From Macrostomum hystrix (taxonomy: Eukaryota; Animalia; Platyhelminthes), in the NCBI GenBank assembly GCA_950097015.1, contig CATNEN010000038.1, forward strand, positions 1,364,001 to 1,428,000: a stretch of DNA of 64,000 bases, read 5' to 3'. Of this stretch, positions 1 through 11,306 are shown one piece after another; the first letter of the stretch is position 1, and each line of letters starts with the position of its first letter. The translations under genes were made by a program, and so were the position numbers. A model generated the notes under the pieces. The model made no database searches. It was not told where the DNA came from and worked only from the letters and a program-made list of their open reading frames with translations.

Positions 1-298
1 TTTGATATTTCTTCTTATTAATATTAATTCCTTGATATAATTATGGCTGAGCTGTAAACCAATAAGTTTACAGTTATCAATTGTAATATACGTCCTATCT
101 CTAAGTATGCTTGAATTTTTAATGGTATGTAAAATTATAACAAATTAAAGCTATGAATTATAACTTAATTAAGCAAGCCTAATATAGACTACCATTTGAA
201 GGACTTCACATTTTACGAGAAAGAAAATTGACTGCAGATCATATGCTTATTGCTATGGACTCATTTTGCAAATCGTTTGCGGTAGGGATTGCTTAAAC

Positions 299-917
299 AT
301 ATCGATATGGAGCTGGTTGGGGGTATTGGCGGTAGATCAAAGGGACTGCATAAACAGATCGATCAGGGGTTGGTGGGGTTTTGGCGGTAGATCAAAGGGA
401 CTACATAAACAGATCGATATGGAGCTGGTTGGGGGTATTGGCGGTAGATCAAAGGGACTACATAAACAGATCGATATGGAGCTGGTTGGGGATATTGGCG
501 GTAGATCAAAGGGACTACATAAACAGATCGATATGGAGCTGGTTGGGGGTATTGGCGGTAGATCAAAGGGACTGCATAAACAGATCGATATGGAGCTGGT
601 TGGGGGTATTGGCGGTAGATCAAAGGGACTACATAAACAGATCGATATGGAGCTGGTTGGGGGTATTGGCGGGGTAGATCAAAGGGACTACATAAACAGA
701 TCGATATGGAGCTGGTTGGGGGTATTGGCGGGGTAGATCAAAGGGACTACATAAACAGATCGATATGGAGCTGGTTGGGGGTATTGGCGGTAGATCAAAG
801 GGACTACATAAACAGATCGATATGGAGCTGGTTGGGGGTATTGGCGGTAGATCAAAGGGACTACATAAACAGATCGATATGGAGCTGGTTGGGGGTATTG
901 GCGGTAGATCAAAGGGT
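299..917. repeat. Minisatellite, 57-59-bp unit (ATCGATATGGAGCTGGTTGGGGGTATTGGCGGTAGATCAAAGGGACTACATAAACAG), ~11 copies
   Basis: Direct tandem repeats visible; explains the repetitive ORFs at 266-1009. Confidence 0.95.
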
Positions 918-964
918 GGTTTCACATTTTTAATTGGATTAGGTTTGATAAATAATATTTCCTG

Positions 965-1155
965 ACTCCTGAACGCACGCACACAGAGACACCGTAAGCA
1001 GGCACCCACACAGGTGTGTACATCTTCTCTGGCTTTCTCATCGTCAGTCGATCAGTGTACACTTAAACTTTTTAAATACATAACAAGCCCCCAAAGCCAA
1101 GTAAATGTGGCCTCGCCGCGGAATCGAGCTCAGGGACCTTGGTGCGAGAGGCAAA
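965..1155 (-). mobile_element. tRNA-derived SINE family A, partial copy
   Basis: Reverse complement matches copies at 22400 and 49978 (GTTTGCCTCTCGCACCAAG...GAGCTCGATTCCGCGGCGAGGCC; internal GTGTACAC...CTGACGATGAGAAAG...ATGTACAC). Confidence 0.8.
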
Positions 1156-1223
1156 CAGCTTAAACTGCTCTGCTTCTAAAATAGACTAATTTAGGATCTG
1201 GGGTGGTAGATCAAATGGGCCTC

Positions 1224-3695
1224 TCAAATCTCAGTCTCCAGCAGCTCCAGGTCAGGCGGCAGTTCACAAACCGACTCCAACAGCTCAGCAGTTGGCAGCT
1301 GACGCCGTTTTGCTGCATTCTGAACTGCCGCAGCAGCCGCCGCCGCTGCAGTCGCTCCCGTAGAAGAGGCCGAAGTTGATCTTCGCTGCAGCAGTGATCG
1401 GAACTCGGACCTGAAGTTCTCGTTCAGCAGTCCGTAGAGCAGGGGATTGACGCAGGCGCTGATGAGCACGCAGAGCAGGCAGACGGACTGAGCTGCGGGC
1501 ACCGAGAACTCAACCCGGGCTGAGCGCAGTTCGCGCATCTCGTCCAGAAAATCGGACATTGCGTGCCGATGCTGCTGCTGCTGCTGATGCTGCTGGTGTG
1601 CAAGACCCGCTAGCCAGAGCTTGGCATCAGTGGCCAAGTTAAGCGAGCTCAGTGGCAGCCAGGAGACGCCGAAGAGCAGCGCGACCCCGCCCAGCAGGAG
1701 GTTCGCCCGGCGCTGGCGTCGCCGCTCAGCGAGCTGTCGCCTGGACGGGCGTCGCCTTAGACGCCGGCGAATGCGCCGATAGACGCAGAGCAGAACAGCC
1801 AGCGGCAGGGCGTACTGGACCCCGATGGTGGTGGCGCTGTACACCAGCTTCACGGCTCGCTCGGTCTGGTTCAGCGAGCGCTCCACGCATGCTAGACCGT
1901 CGCCATGGCTACCGCTGTCTCGGGCCATGGGATCGCGAGCCAAAGCTCCCAGCCAGAGCAGCGGGCTGGACATGAGGCAGGCCGTCAGCCACGTCAGCGG
2001 TATGGCGAGCTTGGCTCGGCGCAGGTCCAGACCCGGCCTGCTGTGAGTTGATACCGTCACCGCCTGAGTGTTTGGGAAGCGGCGCTTGTGTCTGTGGACT
2101 TGAGTGTTTTGGAAGCGGCGCTTGTGTCTGTGGACTTGAGTAATTTGGAAGCGGCGCTTGTGTCTGTGGACTTGAGTGTTTTGGAAGCGGCGCTTGTGTC
2201 TGTGGACTTGAGTGTTTGGGAAGCAGCGCTTGTGTCTGTGGACTTGAGTGTTTGGGAAGCGGCGCTGACATAAGATTCGATTCGGATGATAAGATTCGGA
2301 TAACAGGTGACTCACATTGTGATAAGATTCGGATAACAGGTGCCTCACCTTGGGATTAGATAGGGATAACAGGTGTCTCATTCTGTGATAAAATAGGGAT
2401 AACAGGTGACTCACCTTGGGATAAGATTCAGATAACAGGTGCCTCACCTTGGGATAAGATTCAGATAACAGGTGCCTCACCTTGGGATAAGATTCAGATA
2501 ACAGGTGCCTCACCTTGGGATTAGATAGGGATAACAGGTGACTCACCTTGGGATACGATGTGGGTAACAGGTGGCCCATAGGGATAAGATAGGTATAACA
2601 GCGATAAAGTAGGGATCATTTCGACAGTTTCCGAGGCTATCCTATTCGCCTCTAATTACCACAGTTGAGCTAGACAAAATGTGTCAGGGCAGCAACAGAA
2701 TCAGAACTTTGAGCTCAGCATATCAAAGCAGGCGACAGTCACTGATCTGTTCTGCCCTGTCCAATAGTTATTTCGAACTGTAGGAATTGGACAGTTCTGC
2801 CAGGATTCTCATCAAAAAGCAATTTTCGTGTCTAGATAATTATTGAAAGTAGCGAATTCAAAACGACTTCTCTGTGTCTACAAGATCTTTGCACTTTTAT
2901 CTTCAATCAGTTTGATACAGCGCTCTAAGAAATGCTAAAGAATAGCCCAGATGGACTAGCAATCCACTGAATAGACTAGCAATCCATTGAATAGACTAGC
3001 AATCCATTGAATAGACTAGCAATCCACTGAATAGACTAGTAATCCATTGAATAGACTAGCAATCCACTGAATAGTCTAGCAATCCACTGAATAGTCTAGC
3101 AATCCACTGAATAGTCTAGCAATCCATTGAATAGACTTTCAATCCACTGAATAGACTAGCAATCCACTGAATAGACTAGCAATCCAATGAATAGACTAGC
3201 AATCCACTGAATAGACTAGCAATCCACTGAATAGACTACATGTAGCGATGCAGTAAATAGACTAGCAATCCACCAGCCCAGGCTCACCCAGCATCTTTCG
3301 ATGGCGATGACAGTGACAGCGAAGGTTGATGCGTACAAGTTCAAGCCCGTCAAGGCATTGACAACTTTGCACACCGCTATGCCGTGGCCCCAGTTGACAT
3401 TGGAAAAGAACAGTCGGCGAATGTTCCAGGGCTGCGTCAGGGCGCAGAGGGTGAAGTCGGACATCGCCAGGTTCAGCACCAGCAGGTTCGCCGCGGTTCT
3501 CATTCGCGGATTCCTTAGCACTGCGGCGATGACGGCGGCGTTGCCGATTGCTCCGAGTGTCATGAGGCAGAGGAACAGGGCCAGGAGGGGTCGCAAAGAG
3601 TGCAAATCGGCGTCGTGCTGCTGACGCGACTCCAGCAGCAGCTGTTCGAAGTGGCCGACGATGGCCGTCTCGTTCACGCAGCTCAGGAACTGCAT
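1224..3695 (-). CDS. Rhodopsin-family neuropeptide GPCR (NPY/NPF/PrRP-receptor-like), 2 exons: 3695-3288, 2063-1224 (~415 aa)
   Basis: GN in TM1, RMRTAANLLVLNLAMSD in TM2, C in TM3, ERCW|AV joined by GT (3287) and AG (2064) in phase 0, FGVSWLPL in TM6, SACVNPLLYGLLNENFR in TM7; exon lengths sum to a multiple of 3. Confidence 0.9.
2064..2268. repeat. Intronic minisatellite, 36-bp unit, ~5.5 copies, starting at the splice acceptor
   Basis: TGAGTGTTTGGGAAGCGGCGCTTGTGTCTGTGGACT repeats. Confidence 0.9.
2270..2580. repeat. Intronic minisatellite, 33-bp unit, ~9 copies
   Basis: GATAACAGGTGCCTCACCTTGGGATAAGATTCA repeats. Confidence 0.9.
2950..3272. repeat. Intronic minisatellite, 20-bp unit GAATAGACTAGCAATCCACT, ~15 copies
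   Basis: Direct repeats; the same unit recurs at 9520-9955. Confidence 0.95.
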
Positions 3696-3799
3696 GATCG
3701 GCCGAATGCTGAACGGCTCCCTGCGCTTCAGATGTGAGACAGCAGGTATGGGAGCTATTTGCCTACCTGCTTTTGCCTGGCGACTGTCGCCGCCTATTC

Positions 3800-4265
3800 G
3801 ATCTGTCACTATCCTTGGATCTGTCAATCTCCTTGGATCTCTCACTCTCCTTAGATCTATCACTCTCCTTGGATCTGTCACTCTCCTCGGATCTGTCACT
3901 ATCCTTGGATCTGTCACTCCCATTGGATCTGTCACTCCCCTTGTTTCTGTCACTATCATTGTATCTGTCACTATCATTGGATCTGTCACTCTCCTTGGAT
4001 CTGTCACTCTTCTCGGATCTTTCACTATCCTTGGATCTGTCACTCTCCTTGGATCTGTCACTCTCCTTGGATCTGTCACTCTCCTTGGATCTGTCACTCA
4101 CCTTGGATCTGTCACTCTCCTTGGATCTGTCACTCACCTTGGATCTGTCACTCACCTTGGATCCGTCACTCACCTTGGATCTGTCACTCACCTTGGATCT
4201 GTCACTCTCCCCGGATCTGTCACTCTCCTTGGATCTGTCACTTTCCTTTGCTCTGTCACTCTCCC
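3800..4265. repeat. Minisatellite, 18-bp unit GGATCTGTCACTCTCCTT, ~25 copies
   Basis: Direct repeats. Confidence 0.95.
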
Positions 4266-4974
4266 ATCGATCACATATGGCTGTCTGTCACACTCTTATC
4301 TAACCGTTCACGTGTCAAACTGTCGAATCTAAAACTCTGCTACGCAAGTCCAAGCCATTAAAAAGCCCAGCCAGTGTCACCTGCAGAAATTTGGTGCAGG
4401 TCGAGTTGTCGGCGAGATCAAACAGCCAGAAGTCCTCAAGACTGTGCGATGCTGCCTGCTTCATTTCGGATCCTGCTTGACAAATCCACTGATCTTCGAT
4501 GCCTAGAAAGAATTTTAATGAGAAAATAGTTCATATCACTTCTGTATCAACGCCAGTTGAATTTAGGGATAATTTGTTTATCTAAGTCAAAACTGATTCT
4601 CTGCCATTGGTCAGACATTGCCATTGGATGAACTCCGCTGCTAGAATTCATATAATTATTTTCAGACTTTTGGTCAGTGGAACTTTTTTCAAACCGTGTC
4701 ACAAAACAAAAATTTGTGAGTCTTTTATTCAAGACTTGAAAATTTCTCTCTAAAGAAGTTATTTTGTAAGAACAAAAGAAATTTAGTGAATAATGAAGCC
4801 TTTTCAGCAACAAATATGAAATCAATTGCAGCTTTTCGGATTTTCGTCCATGAACCCGAAAACCATCGCAATAGTCGGACTTTTCAGGAAAAAGATTTCG
4901 GGTTGCGAATAAATAGAATTTTCAATTTTAGTTATACAAATTGTTTAGTTCAATTTATTAAATCCTTTAGCAGT

Positions 4975-5720
4975 TGCCCAATCACTCCTGTATCACATGG
5001 ATCACACCCAATCACTCCTGTATCACATGTATCACACCCAATCACTCCTGTATCACATGTATCACACCCAATCACTCCTGTATCACACGAGTCACACCCA
5101 ATCACTCCTGTACAACTTGGATCACACCCAATCACTCCTGTTTCACTCGGATCACACATAGTCACTCCTGTTTCACTCGGATCACACATAGTCACTCCTG
5201 TTTCACTCGGATCACACATAGTCACTCCTGTATCACATGGATCACACCCAATCACTCCTGTTTCACTCGGATCACACATAGTCACTCCTGTTTCACTCGG
5301 ATCACACATAGTCACTCCTGTATCACATGGATCACACCCAATCACTCCTGTATCATATGGATCACACCCAATCACTCCTGTATCACATGGATCAGACCCA
5401 ATCACTCCTGTATCACATGGATCACACCTAATCACTCCTGTATCACATGTATCACACCCAATCACTCCTGTATCACATGGATCACACCCAATCACTCCTG
5501 TATCACATGTATCACACCCAATCACTCCTGTATCATATGGATCACACCCAATCACTCCTGTATCACATGTATCACACCCAATCACTCCTGTATCATATGG
5601 ATCACACCCAATCACTCCTGTATCACATGGATCACACCCAATCACTCCTGTATCATATGGATCACACCCAATCACTCCTGTATCACATGGATCACACCCA
5701 ATCACTCCTGTATCACTCCG
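4975..5720. repeat. Minisatellite, 30-bp unit ATCACTCCTGTATCACATGGATCACACCCA, ~25 copies
   Basis: Direct repeats in register with the 60-nt lines. Confidence 0.95.
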
Positions 5721-6269
5721 ATCCCAACCCGGGGTTTATACTAATCCGAAAGGATCCCATTCGGTTTGGGAACTATAGTGAAGTTGGCAGTGGGTATTTG
5801 ATATTCACACTGCACGTAATTTGCTTTGAAACATGCTTACAGCTTACTAGCGTCAATCTAAATTCTTTCTTAGATCCATATTCGACATTCGATCTGACTG
5901 GGGTCCCATGAGCCTGTATCCAAAGGACTAAGAGAATATTATATTTAATTAATCTCACTGAATTGACTTTTAATTAAGCCTATCTGCCAGTGCTTAACGT
6001 TCTTTGTAATTCATTTGGCTCTGTTATCGTTTCGTGCGTTGCCCAGTGCCTTGGGAGTTAAGTAGAAATTGATTTTGGATTATTTTAAGAGAACTTTATC
6101 GCTTATCTGAATTTTGCAATCTAAAAAAGCTGTACTCTTAGATTGTGAATTGAGCAGGTTTAAGAATTGGGCTCAAATGCCAAAGAATTGAGAATTTGAT
6201 ATTGTACAGAAAGTTGCTAAGGAAATTCTAGGGCCAGTTTCGAAAGTAATTTTAGCACTTTTCTAGGGT

Positions 6270-6838
6270 AAGTGATTCTATATCCAGTTGCTAAGGTGAT
6301 TCTATGGCTGGTTGCTAAGGTGATTCTATATCCAGTTGCTAAGGTGATTCTATGGCTGGTTGCTAAGGTGATTCTATGGCTGGTTGCTAAGGTGATTCTA
6401 TATCCAGTTGCTAAGGTGATTCTATTGGTGGTTGCTAAGGTGATTCTATATCCAGTTGCTAAGGTGATTCTGTGGCTGGTTGCTAAGGTGATTTTATGGC
6501 TGGTTGCTATGGTGATTCTATGGCTGGTTGCTAAGGTGATTCTATATCCAGTTGCTAAGGTGATTCTATGGCTGGTTGCTAAGGTGATTCTATATCCAGT
6601 TGCTAAGGTGATTCTATGGCTGGTTGCTAAGGTGATTCTATATCCAGTTGCTAAGGTGATTCTATGGCTGGTTGCTAAGGTGATTCTGTGGCTGGTTGCT
6701 AAGGTGATTCTATATCCAGTTGCTAAGGTGATTTTATGGCTGGTTGCCAAGGTGATTCTACGGCTGGTTGCCAAGGTGATTTTATGGCTGGTTTCTATGG
6801 TGATTCTATCGCCGGTTGCTAAGTTGATTCTATGGCTT
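6270..6838. repeat. Minisatellite, 27-bp unit GTTGCTAAGGTGATTCTATGGCTG/ATATCCA variants, ~21 copies
   Basis: Direct repeats with two alternating variants. Confidence 0.95.
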
Positions 6839-7338
6839 GTTTTTTTTTATAAAGTTTTTCTATGACAATAATATAGGCATAGCCTTTTAATTATCTTTTG
6901 CAGTATGGATAGATATTTGTGCAAATCTATGCGAGATTTATTAGAATACTACTATCCCTGTGTGAGTACTGTATGCAGGGGTACCAAATGAAGACTTGTA
7001 GCGTCATCGGGAATTATCACCGAGTCATAATGTCCTAGTATCCTGAGATAATTAAATCCCCAATGTCCTTGATCAGGCAAGCTGAGCCAATTCATTCGCG
7101 CCAATATTTTCATTTTCCCTAAAACCCCTCGTCCCTCCGTGCCGTGTTTTCTCAACGGTCCGCTGAATTGTTCCTATCTCCATAGCAACGACCACGGGCA
7201 CCAAGGTAAACATCGCTGTAGCAAGTCTTTCGCCAGGCCATCAATCAATTATATTTTCATTCCCAGCCCTCCAGGATAATCAAATCCGGCTATAAAATTC
7301 CCCTCGACCTGCCTTCCATCCGGCAGAAAGGCCCAGCG

Positions 7339-9504
7339 ATGTCTGTCGCGTCATTGACTACCGAATCGGAGCGTTCGTTGCGCGTGGCCCTTGGCGTGGC
7401 CCAGATTCCGGTGTTGCTAGGCGGCCTGTGCCTCAACAGTTTCCTCATTGCTTTCACAATTCGCAGCCGAATCGGCAGCCCGACTTGCAATTCGCTGATG
7501 CGCTGGAATGCCGTCTTCGACATTGGCGTGATGCTCAGCCACTTGGCAACCGTCCAGCTGCCGCTGGTGCCGAAGCCGCTGCCGGCAGATCTGGCGTTGT
7601 GGCGACTCTACTGCGGCATCGTCTACAGCCAGATGATCTTCTGGCTGTTCGTGAATGCCAGCACCTACTCGCTGGTCAGCCTCTCCGTGGAGCGCTGCCT
7701 CTGCCTCAGCGCGCCATTCTGGTACCGCTTGAAGCTAGGCCGGCTGCGCCTGCTGCTGTTCGCCCTGCCTGTACTGTCCAGTGTGCCGGTGAATCTGCCC
7801 TTCTCACTGCTCAGCACCGCGGCTGTGCCTGTGGCTATTGACACGGGAAACAATGCGACACTGGCCTACAGGTACTTGAATTACCTGTACCATCAGGACT
7901 TTCTAACCGACAAATGCTGCAGTCTTCCTGCTTTTTGTAAAGGCCTTCAAATATTGCGACTTCAAACAAAACTGATTGCGGTACTTTTAAAGCAATATTC
8001 AAAACGGAGCGATTAACAAATTGCTCTCTTTGAAATCCGAGACAGTCTGCGTGAATAATCGAACTGCCAAACTGAATGCAAAGCCGAGCCAAGCAAGACT
8101 TTGAGACCTTTGAGACCTTTGCGCTATTATAGTATAAAATAGAATGGATCGCTAGTCTATCCTCATTGATTAAGAAATAGAATGGATCGCTAGTCTATCC
8201 TCATTGATTAAGAAATAGAATGGATCGCTAGTCTATCCTCATTGATTAAGAAATAGAATGGATCGCTAGTCTATCCTCATTGATTAAGATATAGAATGGA
8301 TCGCTAGTCTATCCTCATTGATTAAGATATAGAATGGATCGCTAGTCTATCCTCATTGATTAAGAAATAGAATGGATTGCTAGTCTATCCTCATTGATTA
8401 AGATATAGAATGGATCGCTAGTCTATCCTCATTGATTAAGAAATAGAATGGATTGCTAGTCTATCCTCATTGATTAAGATATAGAATGGATCGCTAGTCT
8501 ATCCTCATTGATTAAGATATAGAATGGATCGCTAGTCTATCCTGATTGATTAAGAAATAGAATGGATCGCTAGTCTATCCTCATTGATTAAGATATAGAA
8601 TGGATTGCTAGTCTATCCTCATTGATTAAGATATAGAATGGATCGCTAGTCTATCCTCATTGATTAAGATATAGAATGGATCGCTAGTCTATCCTCATTG
8701 ATTAAGATATAGAATGGATCGCTAGTCTATCCTCATTGATTAAGAAATAGAATGGATTGCTAGTCTATCCTCATTGATTAAGATATAGAATGGATCGCTA
8801 GTCTATCCTCATTGATTAAGATATAGAATGGATCGCTAGTCTATCCTCATTGATTAAGAAATAGAATGGATTGCTAGTCTATCCTCATTGATTAAGATAT
8901 AGAATGGATCGCTAGTCTATCCTCATTGATTAAGAAATAGAGTGGATCGCTAGTCTATCCTCATTGATTAAGGAACAGAACGAGTTGCTAGTCAATCAGT
9001 ATCAACCGACGCCGCACATCCCGCAGGTGCGCCAATTTCAATGCGTCCTCATTTTTGTTGACGGCATTCGGAGCGGCAAACTTCGTCACAATCTGGCTTC
9101 TACCGCTGACTGCCATGCTGGTGGCACATGCTGTCACGGTGAGCTCGATCCGTAACGGTGGCAACCTGCCCGCCGTCACAGCCGGACCTTCAGCGCACGA
9201 CCGTCGGGCAAGCATCGTGTCGCAGGCGACCGCCCGGCTGTCCAGGGCCATCGCTGCCTCGTGCGGCCTATACTCCCTGCTCCACAGCTTCAATGCCGTT
9301 AGCTTCATGTGGAGAAATTTGAAAAACTCGGACCTGCCGCTGACTGGAAGCTCCGGGATCGACAGCCTTCTGGCCCGGCTGTTCTACCCGATGCTGGTGG
9401 CATTGAACAGCGTGGCGAATCCGCTGCTCTTCCTGCTGATGCTGCCGGACTTTCGCAGCTTTGCCAGCCGGCTCGGATGCAGAACTGACACGGCTGCGGC
9501 GTGA
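7339..9504 (+). CDS. Orphan class-A (rhodopsin-like) GPCR, 2 exons: 7339-7871, 9027-9504 (~336 aa)
   Basis: Seven hydrophobic segments; YC in TM3, SLSVERCLCLSAPFWYR (DRY-like), ECL2 Cys restored by the phase-2 splice AG|gtact...ccgcag|G, IWLLPL in TM5, LNSVANPLLF in TM7. Confidence 0.85.
8138..8972. repeat. Intronic minisatellite, 38-bp unit AAATAGAATGGATCGCTAGTCTATCCTCATTGATTAAG, ~22 copies
   Basis: Direct repeats. Confidence 0.95.
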
Positions 9505-9519
9505 TGTGGGCGACTGGCT

Positions 9520-9955
9520 GGTAATCCATTGAATAGACTAGCAATCCATTGAATAGACTAGCAATCCATTGAATAGACTAGCAATCTATTGATTAGACTA
9601 GCAATGCACTGAATAGACTAGCAATCCACTGAATAGTCAAGCAATCCACTGAGTAGACTAGCAATCTATTGATTAGACTAGCAATGCACTGAGTAGACTA
9701 GCAATCCACTGAGTAGACTAGCAATCCACTGAGTAGACTAGCAATCCACTGAATAGACTAGCAATCCACTGAGTAGACTAGCAATCCACTGAATAGACTA
9801 GCAATCCACTGAATAGACTAGCAATCCACTGAATAGACTAGCAATCCACTGAATAGACTAGCAATCCACTGAATAGACTAGCAATCCACTGAATAGACTA
9901 GCAATCCACTGAGTAGACTAGCAATCCATTGAATAGACTAGCAATCCACCGAATA
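9520..9955. repeat. Minisatellite, 20-bp unit GAATAGACTAGCAATCCACT, ~21 copies, just after the GPCR stop codon
   Basis: Direct repeats; same family as 2950-3272. Confidence 0.95.
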
Positions 9956-11306
9956 AAGTATTAATCTACCAAAATACTGAACTAATCTGTCCGATGAATG
10001 TCCGTCTGTTTTAACCTTCAATATTCTTGACTGATATACTTTTTGATTGGCATTGATTTTTTCCTGGCACATCAGAAACCATGTCTCCCTATGTTGGTGT
10101 ACTTGCAATCGATTGCTATGTAAATACTCAGCATGAGATCATAATTTACCATTTCAGTGCAACTTGCTCTAACATTCTGTCTGGCGATCAATCTATTGCT
10201 GATTTCGTGATGCCTATAAGTTTACAAATGATTTCTACTATATTTTTCTTGCAAACTGTTACTATCATACATAAATATTTCTTTTCTTGCGGAGTACGCG
10301 ACGCAACACGTAAATTTACTCAATTGATTGAATAATTGATTGACGCTAGTAAGCATGTTTCCAAGCGAATTACGTGCTGTGCGAATATCAAATACCCACT
10401 GCCAACTTCACAAAGTTCCCAAACCGGATATCCGATTTTCGTGAAGGTCAAGCATATGGATCAAACTTTTTCGCCCTTAACGATGAACTTTCAATGCCAT
10501 CCGATGTCAATATATTCAGCAATTCTTGTCCAAGATGCTCGTGACCAGGACAACTAACAATGATTCTGTTTAAACCTCTAAGGCGAGTTCATATTCGGTC
10601 TATAACATGCTAATTAACCATGAAATCAATGCAATTTTGTAGTTTTAGCCACTTAACACGTTGAATATCTCGACGGCGCCGAAGTTCTGGAAGTTGTTTC
10701 ACTGGATAGAGCGTAAAATTCAAGCTGGGTCCTCAATTTTCCTGGCGTTTGGTTTAAACGGTAAGTGCGGATATGTCCAGAAATAGACTTTGATTTATAA
10801 CCAGTTCGCGTTTAATTAGCAGTCGAATGTTTAAGAATATTAATAAACTTAAATCATTAACACAACAGTAATTAAAACATAAAACATGCCAGCTAATATT
10901 AATATTTATTTGAAGAAAAGGTCAATAATTTATTTTAGCTTTTTAATAATTCCTAAGACTTGGTTTGTTAAAATGTGTCAAAGTGAATAATATAATTTTT
11001 AATCAGTAAAATAAATTCCGAGATAACAAAACTAACAGAATTTTTGGCATTTTTACTGTAAAAAGGAATTTCGATTTTTAAGGTAGATATTTTGTTTCTT
11101 TTAAATAAAATTATGAATCCCACCGAAGTGAGGTAAAAACACAAAACATAAATATTCTTTCATCCATTTTTGTTTTTAATTAGTCAGCTGCAACGGTATA
11201 CCTAAATGTGTAATTAATTTTAATATAAAACTATCTTACTGGTCAAAGTTTATCAATGACAAATAGTCCATGCTATTAATATCGCTATGGTTTATGACAA
11301 TAAACC

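Noticed and set aside
266-1009. Repetitive ORFs and a CRISPR-like look
   Set aside because: Head-to-tail 57-bp units with no unique spacers and no cas genes; eukaryotic minisatellite
3661-6865. Long ORFs (223-330 aa) with periodic peptides
   Set aside because: Open frames arise from 18-, 30- and 27-bp units lacking stops in several frames and on both strands
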